Source of the DNA: a virus
Strand: one strand, 5' to 3'
DNA: 30,278 nt
Virus record (IMG/VR): IMGVR_UViG_2799112924_000001
In this document: positions 8,425 to 16,668 of the stretch, piece by piece
Numbering within the stretch: position 1 is the first letter of the stretch
Layout of the letters: each line of letters begins with the position of its first letter
Notes under the pieces: generated by a model
Told to the model about the DNA's origin: nothing
Database searches by the model: none
Seen by the model: only the letters and a program-made list of their open reading frames with translations
Program-made: the position numbers and the translations under genes

Positions 8425-8816
8425 ATGTTTAGATGTGATTGTTATCCGAATCATGAAATATGTAAAAACAAAAACACCTGTGAATTCTGGATACCATTAA
8501 ATCAAAAACTCAAACAATTAAATCAACAAATATCGAAAGCCTAAATCAAAGAAAAAGAGACTACTTCAAAATACTATCTGAAATTCAACATGGAAGATAT
8601 ACTGAAATAGTAGCTATTGACGGAAGATTAAAAAGAGTACCAAAAAAGAATGCAAGAGATGAACCTATATTAAATCCTGAAGATGTGCAAGTCGGATTGA
8701 ATTTTAATGTCATATCTAAAGAGATAACTGACACAGAAACAATAATTCATGAATTAAGAATTAGAGAAAACAATATATTAAAAATATTAAAGAAACGAGC
8801 TAATCAATACGAATAG
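8425..8816 (+). pseudogene. Frameshifted gene with Cys-rich N-terminus and coiled-coil-like remainder
   Basis: MFRCDCYPNHEICKNKNTCEFW...QQI stops at 8544; deleting 2 nt of the ATAT near 8528 continues IESLNQRKRDYF...KRANQYE to TAG 8816. Confidence 0.55.
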
Positions 8817-8818
8817 TT

Positions 8819-8842
8819 ATGTGGAATACCACTTATCCACAT
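8819..8842. terminator. Hairpin at the convergence of early (+) and late (-) modules
   Basis: ATGTGGA / TCCACAT stem. Confidence 0.5.
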
Positions 8843-8874
8843 TAACTCTTTGTTGCTACGTTTCTATATTAAAG

Positions 8875-9138
8875 TTAATTTGACCATTTACGGCTTAAGT
8901 CACTGTCATTGAATACAGTTTTTTCTTGACATTCTTTTAACTCGCTTATGTTATCTCTAAAGAATTTTAAGCAGAAATCTTTTTTTGCATTGAAATTATC
9001 GCAGTTTAAATGAATGTTTTCCTGACAGTTATCGCAACCAATTTCAGTTCCTTGTTTGTTTTTGCAGGATAATTCATCGTTATCATCCAGATAACGGAAG
9101 TCACAGTCTTTAAATATTATATCAGTCATAAAATCCAA
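8875..9138 (-). CDS. Cys-rich putative zinc-binding protein
   Basis: Seven Cys including CDNC in 87 aa; GGAGG RBS. Confidence 0.65.
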   Translation of the reverse strand: MDFMTDIIFKDCDFRYLDDNDELSCKNKQGTEIGCDNCQENIHLNCDNFNAKKDFCLKFFRDNISELKECQEKTVFNDSDLSRKWSN

Positions 9139-9222
9139 ATCCTCCGTTTTTTTATTTTATCATATTACACTCTGTTAATAGGAGAATAAATAAATTATTA
9201 TCGAAATTAATAATTTAGTTTT

Positions 9223-10632
9223 TCATGTCGAATACCATTTATCAACATCAACTCTTCGAGGTTGCTTTTCATTAGCTAGTTTTTCATAACCTCCAGTGAA
9301 CGCCACAACACAGTCATCATGGATGGCTTCATTCGGATAAGCTGTTATTTTTTCCAGAAATTCCATGGCCCATTTTTTCGTAAACCCTGTTCTATCCTTC
9401 CCAACCAGGTATATTCCATTGAGTTGAATATCTGCTGAAACTCTTCTTGCACGATCAACTTTGTTCTCTCTTGAGTTGCCCGTACCTGTAGTGAATCCTC
9501 TTCTTGTTAACTCATCAATTATAAGCAATCCAAAGTTTTTACCAGTGCTCCCATCGAGTTCAATATACTGCACATCTGACTTGTCACGTGCTGCAGTATT
9601 GACAATTTCATTGATTAAGTTTCTTGACTCAAGCTGAAATTCATATGAATCCACAATGTAGATATTGCCGTTTATATCTTTAGCCAGCAATACTCCAGCA
9701 GTGTAATCGGGATCGCTACCTTTCAACTTATCATCATTCAACACTTCAGTTGCAGCTAGATCCCAATACCTGATAATTCTGACAATTGGAATTTTTAAGT
9801 ATTCATCATGTGAAATCAAGTGGAAGTCCGCTTCATCAAATAGCTGACCTTTAACGCTTGCATACCAGTTACCGTTCATTAACTGCTCTCTTGTTACCCT
9901 ATCCAATCCCATAAGGTATTCTTCATAGTCTTTTCTGTCCAGATAGATGTTATCCAAATAGCTGGAGCTGATGAACCTTATTTGTGATTTGTCCTGAATG
10001 TCTTCATCTATTTTTTCTATGAATCTTTCACGAACCCATTTGTTTCCACGTTTACCCGGATTGCTGGAGCACATTAACTGTGTCGGAAGCTTGTTGTCTT
10101 TTGTTTTCCTTACTCTAGAGCGCATATAGATATATTTGAATCTCTCCAGTTGTGTCAGCTCATCAATGCCGATGAATTGATATTCAGAACCTTGATAAGT
10201 ATCCAAATCGTTAATGTTACGCAAATATCCAAATGTTAATGAATTGCCGTTTGGAAATGTCCATGAATGTTCAGTACCATCCCACTTTGGCCTAATGGCT
10301 GAATTATTTTGAATTTCCTTTCTGTTTAACCACTGGCTGGCCTTATGGATTAAAGCTCCTTTACGCTTCAGGTCAGATAAGGTACGTCTCAGAATTAATG
10401 CATGATATTCGTTGGTATCATCCTCAACATAAAACAATGCCCTCATCAATAGACTTGTTGATTTGCTTCCTCCAGCTGCGCCTCCAATCAAAACTTCCTT
10501 TTCTGTAGCCAATATCATTTCAGCTTGTTTTGGAAAAGGATTGAATGGAATATATGGATTCTCATATACACATTTCTGAAGAATAGCTTTGTCTTTAGCA
10601 TCTAAATGGAATTTACCGTTTTCATCATACAT
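9223..10632 (-). CDS. terL: Terminase large subunit (start likely 10632, ATGTATGA overlap with upstream stop; ORF track start 10656)
   Basis: GGAAGGSKS Walker A, FIGIDELTQ Walker B, SSNPG motif, nuclease motifs YWDLAAT, DPDYTAG, HDD. Confidence 0.92.
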   Translation of the reverse strand: MYDENGKFHLDAKDKAILQKCVYENPYIPFNPFPKQAEMILATEKEVLIGGAAGGSKSTSLLMRALFYVEDDTNEYHALILRRTLSDLKRKGALIHKASQWLNRKEIQNNSAIRPKWDGTEHSWTFPNGNSLTFGYLRNINDLDTYQGSEYQFIGIDELTQLERFKYIYMRSRVRKTKDNKLPTQLMCSSNPGKRGNKWVRERFIEKIDEDIQDKSQIRFISSSYLDNIYLDRKDYEEYLMGLDRVTREQLMNGNWYASVKGQLFDEADFHLISHDEYLKIPIVRIIRYWDLAATEVLNDDKLKGSDPDYTAGVLLAKDINGNIYIVDSYEFQLESRNLINEIVNTAARDKSDVQYIELDGSTGKNFGLLIIDELTRRGFTTGTGNSRENKVDRARRVSADIQLNGIYLVGKDRTGFTKKWAMEFLEKITAYPNEAIHDDCVVAFTGGYEKLANEKQPRRVDVDKWYST

Positions 10633-11434
10633 TATTATCATCAATCTGCTTTGCAAGGATTTCTATTTCATTCATGATGTCCTTTTGAGACATTTCAATT
10701 TTCTTATCTTCAAGTTCTAAAACTCTGTTTTGGAATAGTCTGTCCATTTCATCTTTGAATAATTTGTTTTTAGCGTCAAATGCTTTAACAGACAGTTCAA
10801 GGTATCTGATTTTTAATTCCGCCAGATCAAGCAAGTATCTTGCCAAGCTTTTTTCCCCTGCATGATATCTTACTTCCTGATCCAGTTTTGCAAAATCAAT
10901 TTCAATACCAACAGCGTTTTTGGTAATCTTGTCAAGATTGTCGAGTCCCGTTTTGATGTCTGTGACCTGCTGCTGAAGTATGGTATCAATAGCCATGTCA
11001 ATGTTGTCCTGATGAGCATTAGTGTTTGTTATTTGTCTTTGACTGATGGCCCTATCTGTTAATGCCCCCTTATCTCTTGCTCTTGGGTCTTTTTCTTCAT
11101 CATTAAGATGATATTTCTTTTTGAATCTGGAGAATGTTGACCTGCTTACTTCGAATTCATGCTCTTCTGCAAGCCATCTTCTCACGCTTTGGTCTGTTGC
11201 TCCGGATGTTTTCATGGCTATTATTTCATCCAGCAATGTTTCCATGAAATCAGTTTTATTCAGGTTCAATGTTGCTTTGAACTTCCTGTAGGTAATGTCT
11301 GCAACATCCCGGTTGTATTTTGTTTTTAGCATTTCCCTGACTTCGTTGTTGCTCATTCCTTTTTTGCAGCAGTTCATTATTTCCTGTTCGTGCTGTTCCA
11401 AAAAGTAAATTACATCTGAGTTTCCCCTGCCCAT
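10625..11434 (-). CDS. Putative terminase small subunit
   Basis: Directly upstream of and overlapping terL; two HTH-like N-terminal repeats and a coiled-coil C-terminus. Confidence 0.55.
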   Translation of the reverse strand: MGRGNSDVIYFLEQHEQEIMNCCKKGMSNNEVREMLKTKYNRDVADITYRKFKATLNLNKTDFMETLLDEIIAMKTSGATDQSVRRWLAEEHEFEVSRSTFSRFKKKYHLNDEEKDPRARDKGALTDRAISQRQITNTNAHQDNIDMAIDTILQQQVTDIKTGLDNLDKITKNAVGIEIDFAKLDQEVRYHAGEKSLARYLLDLAELKIRYLELSVKAFDAKNKLFKDEMDRLFQNRVLELEDKKIEMSQKDIMNEIEILAKQIDDNNV

Positions 11435-11448
11435 GGTGATGGTGCCTC

Positions 11449-11697
11449 CTATAAGTCTCTTAATTCCCTTTCAAGCTCCAGCTTTCTTGCTTCAATCAAG
11501 CGGTGTTCAGTTTGTTTTATGATTCTTTCATAAGCAGAGTTATTGTTTATTTCCATTATTGTGTTTTCTGCTTCGCCCATAGCTATTAGTTTTGCTCCAA
11601 GCTCATAGGCATCTTTATGGGTAAAAGAAGAATCTTCAACTATTTTTTTGAGTGTTATTTCCACTCTTGCGCTGATGTTGGTTTTTTCGGTTAACAT
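11449..11697 (-). CDS. Small ribbon-helix-helix-like DNA-binding protein
   Basis: N-terminal TNISARV strand followed by helices; resembles 11845-12042. Confidence 0.5.
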   Translation of the reverse strand: MLTEKTNISARVEITLKKIVEDSSFTHKDAYELGAKLIAMGEAENTIMEINNNSAYERIIKQTEHRLIEARKLELERELRDL

Positions 11698-11844
11698 AAT
11701 ACATATATTTATTATGTATTATATATAAAAGTTTATTAGAAAAAATATATAAAAGTAATAATAAATTTTATTATTACCTTTGACAATCAAAAATAGTTTC
11801 TGTTAAGAGCAATATCCTGGAGATATATTTTTTGAAGTCAATAG

Positions 11845-12042
11845 CTATTCTTCTTTATCCATTTGGTCGAGTTCTTTTTGAAGATCTGCAATCTGCATTT
11901 CTTTGTAGAATCTTTCGAACCTTCCGGTTTCAATGAGAAAAGCTGAAACTTCAAGAGCATCTCTATAGGTATAATTGGACTCTTTGATAATTTGCTTTTT
12001 ATCTTCATCCATGTAGGATGATGTATTATTTATATTGGCCAT
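11845..12042 (-). CDS. Small protein paralogous to 11449-11697
   Basis: KKQIIKESNYTYRDALEVSAFLI versus LKKIVEDSSFTHKDAYELGAKLI. Confidence 0.5.
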   Translation of the reverse strand: MANINNTSSYMDEDKKQIIKESNYTYRDALEVSAFLIETGRFERFYKEMQIADLQKELDQMDKEE

Positions 12043-12114
12043 AGCTATTACAACCTGTATATAATAATTAATATAATATTTTATTATTCTTTTTATATAA
12101 AATTATCATTATTT

Positions 12115-12186
12115 GAATTTCAGAATTTCAAATCCAAAATTACAGTTTTCAATAGTTAGTGTTGCCTGCACAATAATAAATGTTAA
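12115..12186. repeat. Degenerate right half of the R1/R2 site
   Basis: GAATTTCAGAAT matches R2 GAGTTTCAGAAT at 11/12; TACAGTTTTCAATAGTTAG matches R2 ACCAGTTTCGAATAGCTAG at 14/19; ends AAATGTTAA. Confidence 0.5.
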
Positions 12187-12238
12187 GACCAATATAATCA
12201 ATAGAGAATTTTTTTCTTTTAATTTAATTTATCAACAC

Positions 12239-12310
12239 TGACATTAACGGAAGCCTTTTAGATAATACCCTCTGATTTTAAACTGTGATATATATGCAAA
12301 AGTTTTTAAA
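12239..12310. repeat. Left half of the R1/R2 site (R3)
   Basis: TGACATTAACGG...CTGATTTTAAACTGTGATATATATGCAAAAGTTT; CATTAAC to central GATATATATGCA offset is 45 nt, as in R1 and R2. Confidence 0.8.
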
Positions 12311-12338
12311 GGTTGTTTATTTTTCTTTTAAATAAATA

Positions 12339-12731
12339 TTAAATTAACAGCAACTTCATTAAATAATCGCTATTTTCTATATAGCAAAATGACTGTGGAC
12401 CTGTGTAATCTTTCATTTCAATAAATTCATCAAAAACCTTTAGATTATTTATTTTGATTGCATAACCCTTTTCACGGTCTTTGAAGTATTCGAAAAAATC
12501 CTTTTTAGATATTCCTGAAACTTCAGAATATGAATTCCATAACTCCTCTGGAGATTTGTGTATGATTTCATCAACCTCAAAATATCCTACAATCTTTTTA
12601 ACAGGATAAGATGAATATATATAAATTCTCTCAACATTTTCTTTGAAAATTGACTTTCTGAATTCATATTGCTTTTCACCAGTTAGAATCCGATTTACAA
12701 ATTCTGGCTTGATTGACATTAGTACATTCAT
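12339..12731 (-). CDS. ASCH (PUA-like) domain protein (start moved from 12770)
   Basis: LMSIKPEFVNRILTGEKQYEFRK...IYSSYPVKKIVGYF signature; GTGAT RBS before ATG 12731. Confidence 0.85.
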   Translation of the reverse strand: MNVLMSIKPEFVNRILTGEKQYEFRKSIFKENVERIYIYSSYPVKKIVGYFEVDEIIHKSPEELWNSYSEVSGISKKDFFEYFKDREKGYAIKINNLKVFDEFIEMKDYTGPQSFCYIENSDYLMKLLLI

Positions 12732-12844
12732 AAAATCACTTAAAAAATTTCTATTAATTAATATATGCATATCTTAATAATTAAATTAATCATTAGAAGT
12801 TCCTTTAAATTAAAATAAAAAAAATAGATGTTAACAATATCTTG

Positions 12845-13660
12845 TTAACTGCTATACAAATCTGTAAATATCCAACTTGGATCATAAGCTAGGATGTATC
12901 CATCATCACACCAGATTGATTTAACATTACCTGAAGTTGTATCTGCTACTGCAGCCGGGTCTCTATTAATCCAGTTCCCACCAGTATGTTTTTTATGCTT
13001 GAGTCTTAATCTTATGTGTCCTGTTCCAGATACTCTGCATTTGACGTGGACAAACTGCACATCATAGCCTAATGATTTAGCTATTCTGTAATAAACCTGC
13101 CCCCAGTCCACACAATTGGAACCTTTACCTGATTTAGCATCGTTAATTGTTTTCTTGTCTGTTTTTTGTGAATCAAAGTATTTACTGTATAATTTCTTCT
13201 TTGCTATAACAGCTAATGCCTCATCAATGGTATTTCCTTTGAAGTTGAATGTATTGATAAATAGCTTCATTGTGGAATCCTTGTAGTCAGGAAGGGTAGA
13301 CATTCTGTATACAATAGCTGGAAGTCTTTTATTTGCTCTGATATATGCTTCTGTCCTTATGGCCATGTCCACATATTCGGCTTTATCAATCTGAAGACCA
13401 TTCTTTAATGTCACATAGTTTGGAAGGAAGTCTAAAGACTTGTTGTCTTTGATTAATGCCATTGTGTACATAGCTACTAGCTTGTCTGTACCTAACTTCT
13501 TTGCTTTCTTTTCAACATCCTTACAGTTACCTTTTAAGGTTAATATTTGGTAATAGTCACGTTTTTGGTATTTCTTTTTGTTCTGGAGTAGCCAATAAGC
13601 AATTGAATTCATTGCTTGTGAGAACTGTGTCCAGCTTATACTATCTTTATTATCTGACAT
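12845..13660 (-). CDS. Pseudomurein endoisopeptidase (PeiW/PeiP-like endolysin) with pseudomurein-binding repeat
   Basis: NCVDWGQ...LGYDVQFVHVKC..GTGHIRLRL...RDPAA matches the Cys/His/Asp layout of PeiW; YVDMAIRTEAYIRANKRLPAIV resembles a pseudomurein-binding repeat. Confidence 0.85.
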   Translation of the reverse strand: MSDNKDSISWTQFSQAMNSIAYWLLQNKKKYQKRDYYQILTLKGNCKDVEKKAKKLGTDKLVAMYTMALIKDNKSLDFLPNYVTLKNGLQIDKAEYVDMAIRTEAYIRANKRLPAIVYRMSTLPDYKDSTMKLFINTFNFKGNTIDEALAVIAKKKLYSKYFDSQKTDKKTINDAKSGKGSNCVDWGQVYYRIAKSLGYDVQFVHVKCRVSGTGHIRLRLKHKKHTGGNWINRDPAAVADTTSGNVKSIWCDDGYILAYDPSWIFTDLYSS

Positions 13661-13795
13661 ATTATATTATTTATATAAACAAGATAATAAATTTATGTAT
13701 GGTAAAGATAAAGAATATGTTGAACCTGAAGTAAAAGGGGTGGAAAAATAATACAATTATGCAGAGTAAGTCTTCAAGTCCAACTATAACTCTTT

Positions 13796-14338
13796 TTATT
13801 CTTTATCTATTGATTCTAGTATTTCATTCATCAATTTAACAGTGTCAATATCATTTTCGGCACCAACTTCGTATTCAATAATGGAACCAACTATTTTATC
13901 TAGAGATCTGTCCTGAATAGCTGAGACTACTCTTAATTTTTTGTGAGTTTCATAATCTACTTTAACATTTATTCTTTTTCTTGGGTTTCCTTTATCTAAT
14001 AGCTTATCGTTGAGGTCATAAGCTGTATTGTCAATGTCAACTCGTTTTAACCATCCATATATCTTTTCAGAATTATCAAATGACATTTTAACATACTTAA
14101 CAATATCCAAATCAGATATTTTATCTTCAATAATTGCTGTAGCTATTTTTTCTATAGTGGTATCCTTTGATGCAACTATTACTTTTAATGTTTTATGAGT
14201 ATTCGGGAATAGCTTGACAGTTATTTGTTTTTTAGGAAGTTCGCCCATTTCGTTAATGTAATCTTCACGCACTTCTTTCATTTTGTTTTCACGTTCTATT
14301 TGCTTTTGAATTAACTCATCAAATTTATCGTCTGCCAT
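13796..14338 (-). CDS. Tandem ribbon-helix-helix (ParG/CopG-like) protein
   Basis: Internal repeat KKQITVKLFPNTHKTLKVIVASKDTTIEKI / RKRINVKVDYETHKKLRVVSAIQDRSLDKI. Confidence 0.7.
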   Translation of the reverse strand: MADDKFDELIQKQIERENKMKEVREDYINEMGELPKKQITVKLFPNTHKTLKVIVASKDTTIEKIATAIIEDKISDLDIVKYVKMSFDNSEKIYGWLKRVDIDNTAYDLNDKLLDKGNPRKRINVKVDYETHKKLRVVSAIQDRSLDKIVGSIIEYEVGAENDIDTVKLMNEILESIDKE

Positions 14339-14363
14339 TTTTATACCTCCTGCAAATTTAATA

Positions 14364-14392
14364 ATGTATTTACATTTAAGATGTACTTACAT
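14364..14392. promoter_or_regulatory. Two palindromic operator-like sites upstream of the tandem RHH gene
   Basis: ATGTAttTACAT (14364-14375) and ATGTActTACAT (14381-14392), next to a - strand TTTATATA TATA box near 14411-14418. Confidence 0.55.
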
Positions 14393-14442
14393 ATAATATG
14401 TTTTTATAAGTATATAAACATTATCATCAAATTATAAATAAG

Positions 14443-14489
14443 CTGTCCAACTCTGTTGGACAGGTTGCGACGAACGAAGTGAGTCGCAA
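14443..14489. other. Twin GC-rich hairpins
   Basis: CTGTCCAAC-tct-GTTGGACAG (14443-14463) and TTGCGAC-gaacgaagtga-GTCGCAA (14465-14489). Confidence 0.8.
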
Positions 14490-14534
14490 TAGGTATATAT
14501 AGAAAAAATAAGTATTATATGGTTGATTAACAAG

Positions 14535-14547
14535 TTAACATTAACGA
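14535..14547. repeat. Left-end motif of the R1/R2 site
   Basis: TTAACATTAACGA identical to 2529-2541. Confidence 0.5.
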
Positions 14548-14561
14548 TTGGATTTTCATTA

Positions 14562-14960
14562 CTAGAACTTATCAATGTCTCTGTTATGGATCCACTCACG
14601 ATGCTTTCCAATAGCTACTCTAACAATAACATCAATAAGATCTGTTTCATCTTCTTTTTTGAAGTAATAATAAGCAGGTCCTTCCAGCATCTGCCTTAAA
14701 TCATAGAAAGGTCTCGGTTTGACTGCATCAGGATTCATCAATCCATAATTCTTCAATATCTTTACATTATCTGTTTCGTATTTCTCTAATTTGGATTTTT
14801 GAACTTTAGTAGCCACTGTTTTTTCTTTCTTATCAAATATCTTAGCTATTTGGGTGCTGTCAATTAATATACTGGATTCAATTAATAGTAATGTTATTTC
14901 TTTTCCTTTAACAGTTAACATGGTGGGTTGTGAATTTTCATTATCTAAAATTAATTTCAT
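14562..14960 (-). CDS. Hypothetical protein, possible HTH DNA-binding
   Basis: IDSTQIAKIFDKKEKTV resembles an HTH; GAGG RBS. Confidence 0.5.
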   Translation of the reverse strand: MKLILDNENSQPTMLTVKGKEITLLLIESSILIDSTQIAKIFDKKEKTVATKVQKSKLEKYETDNVKILKNYGLMNPDAVKPRPFYDLRQMLEGPAYYYFKKEDETDLIDVIVRVAIGKHREWIHNRDIDKF

Positions 14961-15021
14961 TTTATAGCCTCTATTATATAATATGGCTACTTAATTAAAT
15001 ATATGTTTTTAAAAAAGTGGA

Positions 15022-16659
15022 TTAGTTGTTAATGTCCGATATTAAATTTTTAATGAATTCTGATATCTTCTTTGTTTTTTCTTCCCCAGGAATTAAACCA
15101 AATGCCCCAACTGACCTAATACATTTCTCGTTCTCATAATATAATTCATTATTAATCCCCGGATATATGACATAAGCTCCAATTGTATTTGGAATTGCGT
15201 CTTTATATGCATGCATCTTAACAATATCCTCATTTTTAAACTTATCTGAATCAACATACATCTTGTATTTGGCATCGAAATGAATGAAGTACTTTTTATC
15301 AGATGCATTTACTCTTAAAGTATAATCCGGTCTTAACTTAACTGAATATGATTTATACTCATTATCAGTTTTCTTAAATGTTTTATTATAAAATAAATCA
15401 ATTTCAACTCCATTGTAATTAAAACTTTTAATAATTCCCTCTCGAAGCTCAATTGACATACCATCCTCACTGATTGTGAATATATCCTCAAAATTAACTT
15501 TGCAATCACATAACTCTTGCATAATTTCTATTAATTTAAAATAACACCAATATTCATATAATTCATAGACCTTTTTCTCATGACCTTTGAATTTATCTGT
15601 TAATTCTTTCCAATTAATTTTAAAACCAAATTCAAACATTAAATAATACGATAAAATATCCCTGTAGCCTTCTTTTTTCTGCAGAACCTGTGAATTTAAA
15701 GGAATATGATCTAATCTTGAAATCTCTTTAAAATATCTTTGGCTTAAATAATAATTCAGTTCTTGTTTGTATACTTCTAATTTATCATATGCATAACCTT
15801 CATTGATTTTAGTAAGTAGGTCATCGATTAAATCACTTATTAATTCTAAAAAATATTTATAGAACCTATTTTCTGATACATCAATTGTATCCTCGTATTT
15901 TGTTTCATTAACAGATAGTGGAATGTTATTGCATAATTCTTCTGAGTCAAGTATAGCATCAATTAAATCATCAGGACTAATATTTGATGCGAAAGATGTC
16001 GGTACTTCTTCTTTAACATTTTCTAAAGTCGAATATAAATTTCTAGACAAATATTCAATGACTGAAGGCAAATGTTCTTCTCTTAAAATATATTCTAAAA
16101 GCATGAATTTCTCATAAGGACTTTGATTTTCATTTTCAAGTAAAAATTCTTGATAAATTGGAGAGTTTAATTCAAAAAGAATTCCTGAAGCGTATTTTGA
16201 TAAATCTCCTATCATTTGAGGATAGTGTTTATTGTAATTGAGCTTTCTAGATTGAATTTCAATCGGCATGGAAAAAATACATTCACCTTCTTTGTAAATG
16301 TCAATGAAAGTTTTTCCGACATAGCTAGAAAACTGCAAATAACCTTTGTAGTTGTTTTCAAATTCAAATAATGTTAGTTGAGAGTTATCTCGGTACTCTT
16401 TAAGGGTTTTGAATACCTCTAATCCTTTTTCATTACTTTCAAATGAGATATCATATTTAAACTCTTCCAAAAGACAAATGTTAGCAAATTCATTATTCTT
16501 ATTGTATATAATGGGAATTGTTTGGGTGGGATTATATGCAATAGGAACATTAGTTAGACAAATGTTATCTATTTGAACTATATTATTGGATGAGTATTTG
16601 CTTTCAGTAGATAAAATAATTATACCAATACCTGCATCAATTTTAACAATCTGTTTCAT
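15022..16659 (-). CDS. DUF2357/PD-(D/E)XK nuclease, McrC-like partner of McrB
   Basis: KVYELYEYWCYFKLI, RPDYTL, FDAKYK, KMHAYKDAI motifs; directly downstream of McrB. Confidence 0.88.
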   Translation of the reverse strand: MKQIVKIDAGIGIIILSTESKYSSNNIVQIDNICLTNVPIAYNPTQTIPIIYNKNNEFANICLLEEFKYDISFESNEKGLEVFKTLKEYRDNSQLTLFEFENNYKGYLQFSSYVGKTFIDIYKEGECIFSMPIEIQSRKLNYNKHYPQMIGDLSKYASGILFELNSPIYQEFLLENENQSPYEKFMLLEYILREEHLPSVIEYLSRNLYSTLENVKEEVPTSFASNISPDDLIDAILDSEELCNNIPLSVNETKYEDTIDVSENRFYKYFLELISDLIDDLLTKINEGYAYDKLEVYKQELNYYLSQRYFKEISRLDHIPLNSQVLQKKEGYRDILSYYLMFEFGFKINWKELTDKFKGHEKKVYELYEYWCYFKLIEIMQELCDCKVNFEDIFTISEDGMSIELREGIIKSFNYNGVEIDLFYNKTFKKTDNEYKSYSVKLRPDYTLRVNASDKKYFIHFDAKYKMYVDSDKFKNEDIVKMHAYKDAIPNTIGAYVIYPGINNELYYENEKCIRSVGAFGLIPGEEKTKKISEFIKNLISDINN

Positions 16660-16668
16660 TTTAAAAAC

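Noticed and set aside
9295-9325. TerL HDDCVVA lacking the Asp of HDDxxDA as a sign of inactivation
   Set aside because: The HDD acidic residues are kept and a non-Asp residue at that later position occurs in active terminases such as T4 gp17.
10209-10219. CGTTAATGTTA inside terL, and similar 9-11-mers at about 14252, 15028, 23404 and 26658
   Set aside because: All are in coding sequence (for example Asp-Ile-Asn codons) with no flanking site similarity; expected by chance in AT-rich DNA.
13695-13751. 18-aa ORF MYGKDKEYVEPEVKGVEK
   Set aside because: No RBS and too short to support; may be a gene remnant.
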